Source: an uncultured Candidatus Saccharibacteria bacterium
Lineage (GTDB): Bacteria; Patescibacteriota; Saccharimonadia; Saccharimonadales; JAGQNJ01
Assembly: GCA_964493895.1 (NCBI GenBank)
Contig: CAZBPY010000004.1
Span: forward strand, 13,271 to 77,270
DNA length: 64,000 nt
Reading direction: 5' to 3'
Part shown: positions 24,929-34,063 of the stretch, in pieces
How the letters are laid out: each line of letters starts with the position of its first letter
Position numbering within the stretch: position 1 is the stretch's first letter
Made by a program: the position numbers and the translations under genes
The notes under the pieces: model-generated
Told to the model about the DNA's origin: nothing
Seen by the model: the letters and a program-made list of their open reading frames with translations, nothing else
Database searches by the model: none

Positions 24929-25537
24929 CTAGTGTTTTTTGGACTTTCGGCGCGGCTGGTGATCTTTGTAGGCTAGTTCACGGCGCAACTCATCAATTCG
25001 GATGATGTACTTCTCATAAGGTTTTAGTAAGGAGGAATAAAACCGGTTCGGTGTCATGATAGCTTTGAGGCGATTCTTTTCGGCGAGATACTCGGCCAAA
25101 CAGTAAAAGTCACCGTCACCGGAGACAATGATGGCTTTCTCGTACTTTGGCAGGAACTTCATAGCATACAGAACCAGTTCGGCGTCAACATTTCCCTTCA
25201 CCGCTGGACCATCTTTCTTTTTATCGCCGTTTTTGCCGGAGGAGCCGTTGCCACCGGCACTTGACTCATCAGCTGGCCCCATGCCGCCAACCGTCGGCTT
25301 TAAAACCACCGAATAGCCCATGTCATGCAAGCCGTGGTACATATCTTCATGCTCGTACATATAGCCAATGAACAAAAAAGCCCGCGTCACACCGTATTCG
25401 GTCTTAAGGTATTCGTAGAACTTTTTCCAATCCATCTTCCAGCCCACCCGCTGAGTGCCCAGATTCAGATTTTGGCTGTCAATAAAGGCGTAGACACCTT
25501 TGGGTTTGGCTGGTTTTTTTCTTCGAAATGGCCGCAT
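24929..25537 (-). CDS. NYN/LabA-like (PIN-like) domain protein with a Gly/Ser/Lys-rich insertion
   Basis: YAFIDSQNLNLG N-terminal acidic motif and IIVSGDGDFYCL. An internal GGMGPADESSAGGNGSSGKNGDKKKDG insert. Confidence 0.7.
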   Translation of the reverse strand: MRPFRRKKPAKPKGVYAFIDSQNLNLGTQRVGWKMDWKKFYEYLKTEYGVTRAFLFIGYMYEHEDMYHGLHDMGYSVVLKPTVGGMGPADESSAGGNGSSGKNGDKKKDGPAVKGNVDAELVLYAMKFLPKYEKAIIVSGDGDFYCLAEYLAEKNRLKAIMTPNRFYSSLLKPYEKYIIRIDELRRELAYKDHQPRRKSKKH

Positions 25538-25557
25538 TTATGGATATTGTACCATTA

Positions 25558-26247
25558 TTAAGCTTCGAGTTTCTGAGCACGCCTCAATAAATTAGCGATA
25601 TTATGATTAAACCATTTGATGGTGCCGCTGTGCTCACGTATCAACGGTACGATCTCGTTTGGGGCGTCTTCAGCCCATAGCCGCAGGCGCCTCTGAGCTT
25701 GCCAGTAAAGCACGATTGGATCCAAAATTCCTAAGGCCACCACAAAAGGAGCCTGTGGCGACTGCTGCAATGGCTGCCAGATTTGACTGAGCTTTTCTTT
25801 TGTAAGCCCGGGGTTGTTAGCCTTATAGTCCGATCTAGCCTTAAGAAACAGTGGGTTGTGCATGACCACTGATGCTGGATCAGTCCCGCCGGCAGCGTAG
25901 ATTCCCGGTGCCAATAGCTCACCGTTCTGGCGTTGAGCATGAAGCCCCATGCCCATTCCCAAACTCACTCCGCAAAATCGTCGCTGTCGATAATCAACTG
26001 TTGACTGCAGATAGTTTTTACGAATATCTTCGGCACAATCAGGCAGTAGTCCAGGATTTCCGCCGATCAAGACCTCATTCGGATATTGATATGCTAGCAC
26101 ATCATAGCCACCATCATTCAGAGTATCAATCGCCAAGCCGGCACCTCGGAAATAGTCAATTTCTCCGGAGTGACCGCAGACTAAAGCCGCCGATTGGCCG
26201 CTGGGTCTGTCGGCTGGAAATTCTCGTCTTTCAAACGCCAAGCTCAT
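25558..26247 (-). CDS. Putative alpha/beta-hydrolase-fold protein
   Basis: GxSxG-like nucleophile elbow (CGVSLGMG). 229 aa. Otherwise unassigned. Confidence 0.4.
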   Translation of the reverse strand: MSLAFERREFPADRPSGQSAALVCGHSGEIDYFRGAGLAIDTLNDGGYDVLAYQYPNEVLIGGNPGLLPDCAEDIRKNYLQSTVDYRQRRFCGVSLGMGMGLHAQRQNGELLAPGIYAAGGTDPASVVMHNPLFLKARSDYKANNPGLTKEKLSQIWQPLQQSPQAPFVVALGILDPIVLYWQAQRRLRLWAEDAPNEIVPLIREHSGTIKWFNHNIANLLRRAQKLEA

Positions 26248-26290
26248 AGCAAGGTTATTATGCCAGAAAACAGCCGGCTATCCATGAGCG

Positions 26291-26677
26291 TCATGACCTA
26301 GAGTCACAGTGGACCTCTAGCCAATCGGCAATCTCGCCAACAGTCAACTTGTCAGTCGCTACCTTGACCGCAAAATCCTCTAGCTCACCCTTCCTAAAGC
26401 TGGGTTTGACTTGGTTAATATCCAGCAATGTGATTGCCATTAAAATCGCCGTCCGCTTATTCCCATCAACAAACGGATGGTCACCTATAATGGTTCGCAA
26501 AATCGCTGCGGACTTCTCGAATATAGTCGCATATAGAACCTGGCCAAATACTTCCTGTTGTTGAGCGGCTATGGCTGACTTAATTGGGCTTAGATCGCGA
26601 ATACCGCTAGAACCGCCAGTCTCTGTTATCACAAGCACGTGTATTTCTAGTGCTTGCTGAAGGGTTAGCAGTTTCAT
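26291..26677 (-). CDS. doc: Doc (death-on-curing) Fic-fold toxin
   Basis: Doc-type Fic motif HPFVDGNKRTA. 128 aa. The start overlaps the antitoxin stop (ATGA). Confidence 0.88.
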   Translation of the reverse strand: MKLLTLQQALEIHVLVITETGGSSGIRDLSPIKSAIAAQQQEVFGQVLYATIFEKSAAILRTIIGDHPFVDGNKRTAILMAITLLDINQVKPSFRKGELEDFAVKVATDKLTVGEIADWLEVHCDSRS

Positions 26678-26898
26678 CTCTGGCTCAGATTTTCAAAATC
26701 TTGACGATACTTATCAAGAAGTTTCTTGGCCGATTTAATCACCTCGGCATCATCGCTGATTGATGCTTCGGCTTTTAGTTGATTAACAATTGCTTTTCGA
26801 ATGTAGTCACTTCTAGAGGAGTAGTCCTTTTTAGCCTGTTTGTCCAAAGACTCAACTAATTCTTCAGGTAATGATAGATTGAAAGTTTTGCTTGCCAT
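26674..26898 (-). CDS. Ribbon-helix-helix (CopG-like) antitoxin
   Basis: 74 aa. FNLSLPEELVESLDKQAKKDYSSRSDYIRKAIVNQL fits a strand-helix-helix pattern. Lies upstream of and overlaps doc. Confidence 0.75.
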   Translation of the reverse strand: MASKTFNLSLPEELVESLDKQAKKDYSSRSDYIRKAIVNQLKAEASISDDAEVIKSAKKLLDKYRQDFENLSQR

Positions 26899-26904
26899 AC
26901 AATA

Positions 26905-26932
26905 ATTGTATCAAACTTGTATATAAAGTCAA
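26905..26932 (-). promoter_or_regulatory. Promoter of the RHH-doc operon, predicted to give a leaderless mRNA
   Basis: Minus strand TTGACT (26932-26927, overlapping the glyQS stop), 16 nt, TACAAT (26910-26905). Only 6 nt separate the -10 from the ATG at 26898. Confidence 0.45.
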
Positions 26933-28302
26933 GCTTGCAGCCGCTTCGGCAAGTCTTTGATCTTGAGGCGTTCTTGCTTGGTGGTGTCGCGGTCGCGGAC
27001 CGTCACCGTACCATCTTCCAGGGTTTGGAAATCAATTGTCACACAATACGGGGTTCCGATCTCATCCTGGCGGCGATAACGCTTGCCAATATTGCCGTTG
27101 TCATCCCACTCGGTCGCCAGCTGCGGCGCCAAGTCTTCAAAAATCTGGCGAGCTTTTTTAACTAGCTCGGGCTTGTTTTTAAGCAGCGGGAAGACAGCCG
27201 CTTTGACAGGCGCTAAATCGCGATGCAGCTTCAACACAGTCCGCTCTTCCCCGTCTATTTCCTCAACCGTATAGGCGTCGCACACAACCGCTAGGAACAT
27301 TCGTCCCATACCAACGGAGGTCTCCAAAATCCACGGGATATATTTTTCTTGAGTAACTGGATCCCGGTAATGCAAGTCGGTGCCAGAGAATTTCTCGTGT
27401 TGCGTGAGGTCATAATCAGTACGGTCATGAACCCCTTCAATTTCATCAAAGCCCCACGACGGAAAGTTGTACTCAATGTCCCAAGCATCAGCCGCGTAAA
27501 AAACCAGATTTTCATGTTGTTTCCAGCGCAAGTTTTCTTCGCGCACGCCGATATCTAAATACCACTGCCAGCGTTCTTTTTTAATGCGCTCGTAATTTTG
27601 TTTGTTTTGATGCGGCGGAACGAAATATTGGGTATCAGCTTGTTCCATCTCGCGGGTCCTAAACAGGAAGTTTCGAGGGCTGATCTCATTGCGAAAAGCT
27701 TTGCCAATCTGAGCAATTCCAAACGGCACTTTCATACGAGTGGTATCAACCACATTTTTGAAATTGAGATAAATGCCCTGGCAAGCTTCGCCCGGCAAAT
27801 AAACCGGCCGGTCGTTCTTGCCGGTAAAATCACCCAGGTTCGATTGAACTAGCAGATTAAATTTAACTACCCTAGCAAAGTCTTTCTTGCCGCAGTTGGG
27901 ACACTTGATTTTATCACGATTGGCATCAAACAATTCATTAATTTCCTCTTCAGACATTTTCTCGTCAGCTGTGACACCGATTGCCTCCAACTCTTTGTCA
28001 GCACGGATGCGGTAATGGCAGTTCTTACATTCGGCCAATGGGTCAGAAAAGCCGCCAACATGCCCCGAAGCTTCCCAAACTTTTGGATGCTTGAACATGG
28101 CCGAATCCAATCCAACATAATCTGATCGTCTAGTAACATTAGCTTTCCACCAAGCCGCTTTTAGATTGTTAAGCAGCTCGACACCATAGGGCCCAAAGTC
28201 ATAGAGACCGGCTTCACCACCGTAAATTTCGCTACCCGGATACACAAAACCGCGCCGCTTGCACAGAGCGACAATATCATCCATAGAAACTTTTTTGCTC
28301 AT
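26929..28302 (-). CDS. glyQS: Glycine--tRNA ligase (homodimeric GlyQS type)
   Basis: 457 aa. MDDIVALCKRRGFVYPGSEIYGG N-terminus. Class II motifs (FRNEISPR, GVGMGRMF-like SVGMGRMFL). C-terminal anticodon-binding domain. Confidence 0.95.
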   Translation of the reverse strand: MSKKVSMDDIVALCKRRGFVYPGSEIYGGEAGLYDFGPYGVELLNNLKAAWWKANVTRRSDYVGLDSAMFKHPKVWEASGHVGGFSDPLAECKNCHYRIRADKELEAIGVTADEKMSEEEINELFDANRDKIKCPNCGKKDFARVVKFNLLVQSNLGDFTGKNDRPVYLPGEACQGIYLNFKNVVDTTRMKVPFGIAQIGKAFRNEISPRNFLFRTREMEQADTQYFVPPHQNKQNYERIKKERWQWYLDIGVREENLRWKQHENLVFYAADAWDIEYNFPSWGFDEIEGVHDRTDYDLTQHEKFSGTDLHYRDPVTQEKYIPWILETSVGMGRMFLAVVCDAYTVEEIDGEERTVLKLHRDLAPVKAAVFPLLKNKPELVKKARQIFEDLAPQLATEWDDNGNIGKRYRRQDEIGTPYCVTIDFQTLEDGTVTVRDRDTTKQERLKIKDLPKRLQA

Positions 28303-28323
28303 TTCAAAATCAAGTATAACAGA

Positions 28324-28663
28324 TTACACTTTGGTGAGCGTCAGGCGTCTGCCCAGAACCGCTGCTACTTGGGCCAACGTCTGGTACGTTGGGCTTGCCT
28401 GACCATTTTCAATTCTGGCAATCATGGCTTGAGTTACCCCAGCTTTTTTTTGCCAATTGCACTTGGGTCAGTTTCATCTCATGCCGGGCTTGAATGAATT
28501 GTATAAAGAAGTCGGTTCGATCTTTATAGCTGACCACGGACCCCTGTTGGAGCTTCATTTTCTGGTGCTCGGCGATCATATTTCCAGTTCTTGCTGCGGA
28601 TCTATTATGTAAGCCATTCTTATGATATACCTTAAAAGATATATCACGAAGACCCTGGCCCAA
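28324..28663 (-). pseudogene. XRE-family HTH gene interrupted by a +1 frameshift in an A8 homopolymer
   Basis: The ORF reads ...MKLTQVQLAKK and then leaves frame at AAAAAAAA (T8 on the + strand, 28444-28451). Removing one A continues AGVTQAMIARIENGQASPTYQTLAQVAAVLGRRLTLTKV to the stop at 28324-28326. Confidence 0.7.
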
Positions 28664-28672
28664 TGTGCTGGA

Positions 28673-29368
28673 CTAGTTAGTGGATTGCTTGACAAGAGAT
28701 TTAAGTAGCCCCTCGAGATCTTCGAGGATCTGATCGGCACCACCAACTACAGCAATTTTGGCTGGAGTTTCCGCCAGCAATAGACGCATCATTTTTATGT
28801 GGCTATCAGAATACAACCCAGATTGGTGGGCAAAAAAAGCCTGGGCTTCAAAATCGAATTGATAAGAAGTGTTGGGCTCTAATTTGGCACCGTAAATGTC
28901 GGTGTTGAGATTCGGAGTGTGCCCGCCTAGCCGCAGGGCTTGCATGTACAACCATGATTCGGCTAAAACAATGCTCAGCGAAGTGTTATCCAAAGTCGCC
29001 AGCGTTCGCAGTAGGACATGGTAATAATCAGCCTCGCAATCATCTTGAGTGATTTTATCAATCAGTTTCAAGGCATTGTAGCCGGCTGTAGTCCGGTTGA
29101 TGTCGCTAACAATGCGACCATAATGGGTTACCAGACGAGCTGACACTAGAGTGCCGATGTCGCGTCGACCGACCAAAAAACTGATTTCTGATACACTAAA
29201 TAGCTCTATGCCGCCGGCCAGTTTGCTTTTGACCCGCCGAACACCTTTAGCCATTAGACGCAGTTTGCCATGTTCGGGCGTGATAATAGTGATGATCCGG
29301 TCAGCCTCCCCGAAGTTGATCCGGCCAAGAATTATGCCCCTGGTTTGTTGGCTATTCATGGTTAACAC
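28673..29368 (-). CDS. recO: DNA repair protein RecO
   Basis: GIILGRINFGEADRIITIITPEHGKLRLMAKGVRRVKSKLAG (OB-fold N-terminus). 231 aa. Confidence 0.9.
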   Translation of the reverse strand: MLTMNSQQTRGIILGRINFGEADRIITIITPEHGKLRLMAKGVRRVKSKLAGGIELFSVSEISFLVGRRDIGTLVSARLVTHYGRIVSDINRTTAGYNALKLIDKITQDDCEADYYHVLLRTLATLDNTSLSIVLAESWLYMQALRLGGHTPNLNTDIYGAKLEPNTSYQFDFEAQAFFAHQSGLYSDSHIKMMRLLLAETPAKIAVVGGADQILEDLEGLLKSLVKQSTN

Positions 29369-29738
29369 CTATACTTTCATCGACTAGCCAGCAAAGCTTT
29401 TCCAGACTAGTGTCAGATTTATAGTAATAGCCATTGATGCCAAGTTTGCTCTGGTCAGCGCTAGCCAAGTTTAGCCGGTCAGACTCCAGGCTGCTTAAAA
29501 TTAGTACCGGAATGGCTTGCCAATCGCTGTGGCTGCGAAGTTCATAGAGAAACTCGACACCGTTGTGATGCGGCAGTTGAATTTCCAGAATAATTAAATC
29601 TGGCAGTGCGGCATCGGTAGCATTGATTGCCGACTGGGCATCCTGCGCTCTTAGTACGTGATGACCTTCAGCCATCAAAGCCGAGGCGTAGGTCTTCGCC
29701 AAAACATGATCGGGTTCGACCAGTAACACCTGTGACAT
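29352..29738 (-). CDS. Stand-alone receiver-domain protein with a substituted phospho-acceptor (pseudo-receiver)
   Basis: Receiver fold with LLVEPD and PDLIILEIQLP, so Glu sits where the acceptor Asp is expected. The conserved S (VLILSS) and K (YYYKSD) are retained. Confidence 0.8.
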   Translation of the reverse strand: MSQVLLVEPDHVLAKTYASALMAEGHHVLRAQDAQSAINATDAALPDLIILEIQLPHHNGVEFLYELRSHSDWQAIPVLILSSLESDRLNLASADQSKLGINGYYYKSDTSLEKLCWLVDESIGVNHE

Positions 29739-29761
29739 ACTATATATAGTACCGCGTTTGC

Positions 29762-30454
29762 CTACAGTAACGCTAGTTGTTGGCTGGGTAGCAGCGTGGC
29801 AGCCAGTCCGGTTTGGCGGCCGGACTTTATAGCCCGCAGCGGTGCTTCCATACCGGCTAGCAAACTGTCAGCAATATAAATTCCGACTCCACTGTTTTGG
29901 GTAAAGCCGCTGGCTGGCTGCCGCGCTTGGCCAAAAAGCTTCCGAGCTACTTGCAAGTCTTCAGCTGAAACATTAGCCGTCGGGCTGACTACCCCCGTGT
30001 CAATGCCCTCTTCGGATGACTTAGCTATTAAAGTCAATGATTGCTTGGGCCGGCGTAAGCCACCGGTCAAAAAGGTGTAGGCCAAGGCCAGCAAGGCGGC
30101 TTTAAGCCCCGATTCATTGGCCATAACTTGCGGCATCGACCCGGTCACTTTGATGTCCAGACGACTGTCATAAAGTTTGGACAAATCATACAGTTCTTGA
30201 GCCACATCGTAGAGAATCGCTGTGACTGACACTGGGGTCAGTGGCAGTTGTAGTTGCGGACTACTGGTAATCAGCAAATAGCTATCGATCAGTTTCAGAC
30301 CGCTATTGGCAGCGATTTCTATCGACTGCAAGTTCTCGGTGGTATCCTGTGACTCGGCTAATTCGGCTAGCCGGGCAATTTGGGTCAGCGGCAGTTTCAG
30401 CTCATCTGCCAGAGATTTCCATAGGTCCACCCCTGTTATTTGTGGCTCGCTCAC
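29762..30454 (-). CDS. Cytoplasmic histidine-kinase-like protein lacking the phospho-acceptor His (pseudo-kinase)
   Basis: H-box-like SLADELKLPLTQIARLAELAE has Asp at the His position. No Asn is recognisable in the N-box region (AALLALAYTFL). G-box remnants IDTGVV and SGVGIYIADSL. No TM segment. Confidence 0.6.
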   Translation of the reverse strand: MSEPQITGVDLWKSLADELKLPLTQIARLAELAESQDTTENLQSIEIAANSGLKLIDSYLLITSSPQLQLPLTPVSVTAILYDVAQELYDLSKLYDSRLDIKVTGSMPQVMANESGLKAALLALAYTFLTGGLRRPKQSLTLIAKSSEEGIDTGVVSPTANVSAEDLQVARKLFGQARQPASGFTQNSGVGIYIADSLLAGMEAPLRAIKSGRQTGLAATLLPSQQLALL

Positions 30455-30496
30455 CGCCTGCTATCCTCACTTATCTAGTGAGTCCAGTATAACCAA

Positions 30497-31162
30497 CTAA
30501 GGCGTAAATTTGAAGTTAGCCAGAATATTATCGAAGAAATCGCTGCGGAATTGATCGCCCTCGGTCCACAGTTTAATAGTCTTGTCGCGAAGCGGTAACA
30601 AAACCAGCGTGCCGGTTTTATTCTCACCCAGATCTCCGGTGATTTGGGTGCCAATAACATTATCGACATTAACTGGTTTGTAGGGAGCTGCCTGTGCTGC
30701 ACCTTGTTTGACCCGGCCATCAAAACTGCGCAGTTCGTCGGCATAGCTGCTATTAGTTACTTGGACTCGAAGAGCATAGTTGGCTCCAGTTTCTACGCCG
30801 GGCACAAAATTGGGCTGGAAATAACCATCAACAGCCAGCGAGCCGTTGTCACGCTGGTCAACATAGGCTGACCAAGTTTTCGGGTATTTTATTGATAATG
30901 TGCCGGCCGATGATGGGCTTTGGTATTCCTTCAAGGGTTGTTTTTCGCGCTGGATAAATTCATTGTCCTTTTCGGTAGCCGTTTCCTGCTCAGCTACCTC
31001 GACAGCTGTAGCAATTTTTTGATCAACATTGTTTTTGTAATCCTGTCGTCCGGCGTAAGCCCACAGGGCAAAACCAAGGGCAGCAAAAAAGAAAACCACC
31101 GCCAAGATTAACGGAATTAATAGTACGTTTATTGAGCCCTCTTGCCGGCCCGAGATCTTCAT
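30497..31162 (-). CDS. Membrane-anchored extracytoplasmic hypothetical protein
   Basis: N-terminal TM VLLIPLILAVVFFFAALGFALWAY followed by a ~170-aa beta-rich domain. Confidence 0.6.
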   Translation of the reverse strand: MKISGRQEGSINVLLIPLILAVVFFFAALGFALWAYAGRQDYKNNVDQKIATAVEVAEQETATEKDNEFIQREKQPLKEYQSPSSAGTLSIKYPKTWSAYVDQRDNGSLAVDGYFQPNFVPGVETGANYALRVQVTNSSYADELRSFDGRVKQGAAQAAPYKPVNVDNVIGTQITGDLGENKTGTLVLLPLRDKTIKLWTEGDQFRSDFFDNILANFKFTP

Positions 31163-31177
31163 ACTGCTTATGTTATA

Positions 31178-31693
31178 TCAAAATTGGTACAGGTGCAAAC
31201 CGGTCTTTTTCGACGATTTCACTGGCTTACGTGAATTAATAGTAAAAGCAAAACTCACCAACTTTACACCCTTCCCTTTTTTGCCGCCGTATTCTTGGAT
31301 GATTTTGTTATCAAGCTTTTCCATGTATGGTTGCAGCAGAAAAACAAAAACACCATCAGCTGGAGGCCAGCGACGACGCCAAAAATTAGTCCAGTAAATT
31401 TTAACCTGTTTGCGGTAGCGCCAGGTTACCATCCTCGAGTAAATCACCAGCAGCGGATTTAACTCGAAACCGACGACTTTGAGACCACGCTGGGCGGCGG
31501 CTTTGAGCACCCGACCGTCGCCGCTGCCTAGCTCGATCAAGGTTTGTCCGGGCTTTAAATCCAGCAAATCCAAGGCCGCCGCCACCTTTGGGCTAAGTGT
31601 CGGTAGGAACGGCGCGCCAAAAATAATCACAAAGCTGAAAGCCACAAAGACAACAGCCACGATAACTAGTGCTATTTGCCAAGCAAGTTCCAT
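31178..31693 (-). CDS. Class I SAM-dependent methyltransferase with an N-terminal TM helix
   Basis: Motif I LIELGSGDGRVL and an acidic post-I motif (VGFELN). The start overlaps the xseB stop (TAATG). Confidence 0.6.
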   Translation of the reverse strand: MELAWQIALVIVAVVFVAFSFVIIFGAPFLPTLSPKVAAALDLLDLKPGQTLIELGSGDGRVLKAAAQRGLKVVGFELNPLLVIYSRMVTWRYRKQVKIYWTNFWRRRWPPADGVFVFLLQPYMEKLDNKIIQEYGGKKGKGVKLVSFAFTINSRKPVKSSKKTGLHLYQF

Positions 31694-31875
31694 TAGCTCT
31701 TGATCTTGTTGAGTTTATTTTCGGCTTGCTTTAATTTTTTCTGCAGTTGGGAAATCAATTTACTAGCCTGATCGTAAAGTTCCAAAGCCTCATCAACATC
31801 CAAATCATCAGCTTGAAGCTTAGCCATGGCTTCATCTAATTCAGTCTGTAGTTGACGATAAGTTTTCTCAGCCAT
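31693..31875 (-). CDS. xseB: Exodeoxyribonuclease VII small subunit
   Basis: YRQLQTELDEAMAKLQADDLDVDEALELYDQASKLISQLQKKL. Start set at MAEKTY, 4 nt after the xseA stop. The ORF track extends to 31911. Confidence 0.85.
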   Translation of the reverse strand: MAEKTYRQLQTELDEAMAKLQADDLDVDEALELYDQASKLISQLQKKLKQAENKLNKIKS

Positions 31876-31879
31876 AGAA

Positions 31880-32995
31880 TTATTGTACCGTAGTCTCGAC
31901 TTGGCCGTCATGAAATTCGATTGTTAGGCTTTCACCAGATTTTAGATTTTTTGAGCTTCGGATGTTATTACCGCCGCGGCGGACGATGGCATAACCTCGA
32001 GCCAGAACTTTCTTCGGATGAATTTGCTCTAGGGTTAGCTGTAAACTGTCCAGGTATTGTTTTTGGCTGGCCAAGCGATCAGAGACAGTCTGCTGAAGGC
32101 GCCCCGCAATATCGGTAAGCTGTTCTTGCTTGTGCTTAAAATGATCTGTTAATTGACGTTGGAGACTGGTCTGGAGTTGATTGAGCCAAATAATTTGTTC
32201 ACGGCGATCGGGCACCAACAGCTCGGCGGCATTGCTGGGTGTACTGGCCCGAAGATCGGCTGCCAATTCAGCGAGGCTGACGTCTCTTTCGTGGCCGATT
32301 GCCAGCAGTGTCGGAATTCGACTGGCGGCAATGGCTCGCACCACTGGCTCGGCTGAAAAGGCCTGCAAATCATCCAACGAACCGCCGCCGCGGGTTATCA
32401 CCAACACTTCAGGCGGCTGAAAGTGTGCATTGAAATATTCTATTGCCGACTTAACTTGGTTGGCCGCTTCCTCACCCTGAACCTGAACATCATAATGATC
32501 AATCTCAACCCCACCCCAACGAGCATTCAATACCTTAATAAAATCACTGTAAGCCGCCGATTCACCAGAGGCAATCAAACCAATCCGGTTCGGCGGATAT
32601 GGCAGTTGCCTTTTACGCTCGCTGTCAAACAGTCCTTCCTTGCGTAAGTTGGCCTCCAGCATCTGAGCCGCTTTTTTTATCGACCCCTCACCAGCCAATG
32701 AAATTGTGCTTATCGTGATACTAAAACCATAAAGTGGGTGTAACATCGGTGTGCCGCTGACCCGAAGTTTCAAACCGTCTTCTAGGGGTCCGGGTAAGTT
32801 ATAAACGCTGCCAAAGAACCTGACGCTGGCCGCTTGGTCTTTGAGATCAAAATATACCCAACGATTTTTGCTGACCCGGAAACTACTTAGCTCTCCCTCG
32901 ATAATCACCGATGGATAGACAGTCGAGATGGTCTGGTTAAAAACGGCTACAAAATCAGAAACTGAGTACAGAATTGGCTCAGGCTGTCTAGTCAT
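31880..32995 (-). CDS. xseA: Exodeoxyribonuclease VII large subunit
   Basis: N-terminal OB fold (VSDFVAVFNQTI...VIIEGELSSFRVSKNRWVYFDLKD). Catalytic region ITRGGGSLDDL. 371 aa. Confidence 0.92.
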   Translation of the reverse strand: MTRQPEPILYSVSDFVAVFNQTISTVYPSVIIEGELSSFRVSKNRWVYFDLKDQAASVRFFGSVYNLPGPLEDGLKLRVSGTPMLHPLYGFSITISTISLAGEGSIKKAAQMLEANLRKEGLFDSERKRQLPYPPNRIGLIASGESAAYSDFIKVLNARWGGVEIDHYDVQVQGEEAANQVKSAIEYFNAHFQPPEVLVITRGGGSLDDLQAFSAEPVVRAIAASRIPTLLAIGHERDVSLAELAADLRASTPSNAAELLVPDRREQIIWLNQLQTSLQRQLTDHFKHKQEQLTDIAGRLQQTVSDRLASQKQYLDSLQLTLEQIHPKKVLARGYAIVRRGGNNIRSSKNLKSGESLTIEFHDGQVETTVQ

Positions 32996-32998
32996 GAC

Positions 32999-34036
32999 TT
33001 ACCTGCCAGCTGTTTGATTGCGAATTGCTCGGTGATAGAAATAATAGCCCGGCGGCAACTGGACAGCCATGTTCAGCACCCGGTAGGTAATGGTAATTGG
33101 GATGCTGACGCCTGGAGGCACACCGGCTGAAGCTAAAACCGCCGTCATCAGTGCTTCGTAGATTCCCACCCCGCCGGGCAGCACTGAAATCAAACCGGCA
33201 AAATTGGCTATGGCATAAGCGATGACTATTGCTCCGGGGTTAACCCACTGATTGAAAGCAATGTAGACTACGTAAATTGTCAGGATCTCAGCAATATTAG
33301 CCATGGTCGCCTCAAATAAAGGTTTACGCAGCACTTTAGGGTTTTTCTTTAGCTCTATGTAGTTTTCGTGCAGTTCGGTGAACAAGTTCTCAACTTTGGC
33401 AATGTTGATAGTCTCCGGATGCGACGGCCTAACCACTTTGATGACTCGATTAATTGCCCTGGTGATATAAGTAAAAAAACCGTTGATACGCTTCTTACTG
33501 CCAACAATAAACATCGCCCCCAGCGTTCCGACCAACAACAATGTTGCCAACGATCCGGCCACTAAAATCATGAAATTATTGGCTTGTCCCCCGATGGCCA
33601 GAATGATCAGACCGCCGAATAGCAGAATTTGAAACGACACAAACAACAACACAAACCTAAGAAACTGAACCAAAGTCGACTTACCGGCGCTAACTCCAAA
33701 TTGCTTCATTCTTAGCCCAAAGTAAGATATACCGGTCACACCGCCGCTTGGAAAAACATTGTTGACAAAATTAAGCTCCAAAGAAACTAGCAGCAGTTTA
33801 ATATAGCGAATCCGCTCATTTAAAATCATAAACAACGCTTGATACATCTCGGCATGGGCATGATAGCTTAAAACCTGGGCCGGCAGTATTAGCACCAAAG
33901 CCCAGAACTCTAGCCGCTTGATGTTGTCCAGAGTGCTGATAATTTCGTCGCGCACACCCCAGATCAAAGCTGCCAAAGCCACCAAAGTAATGATGTTGAT
34001 AATCAACTTCCACGGAGTACCCTTCTTTTTCGCCAT
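32999..34036 (-). CDS. Polytopic membrane protein, UPF0104 / lysylphosphatidylglycerol-synthase-TM-region-like (flippase-like)
   Basis: About 8 predicted TM helices. KKK N-terminus. Family assignment rests on overall pattern only. Confidence 0.5.
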   Translation of the reverse strand: MAKKKGTPWKLIINIITLVALAALIWGVRDEIISTLDNIKRLEFWALVLILPAQVLSYHAHAEMYQALFMILNERIRYIKLLLVSLELNFVNNVFPSGGVTGISYFGLRMKQFGVSAGKSTLVQFLRFVLLFVSFQILLFGGLIILAIGGQANNFMILVAGSLATLLLVGTLGAMFIVGSKKRINGFFTYITRAINRVIKVVRPSHPETINIAKVENLFTELHENYIELKKNPKVLRKPLFEATMANIAEILTIYVVYIAFNQWVNPGAIVIAYAIANFAGLISVLPGGVGIYEALMTAVLASAGVPPGVSIPITITYRVLNMAVQLPPGYYFYHRAIRNQTAGR

Positions 34037-34063
34037 AACTTCACCCTATTATATACTAAGCCT

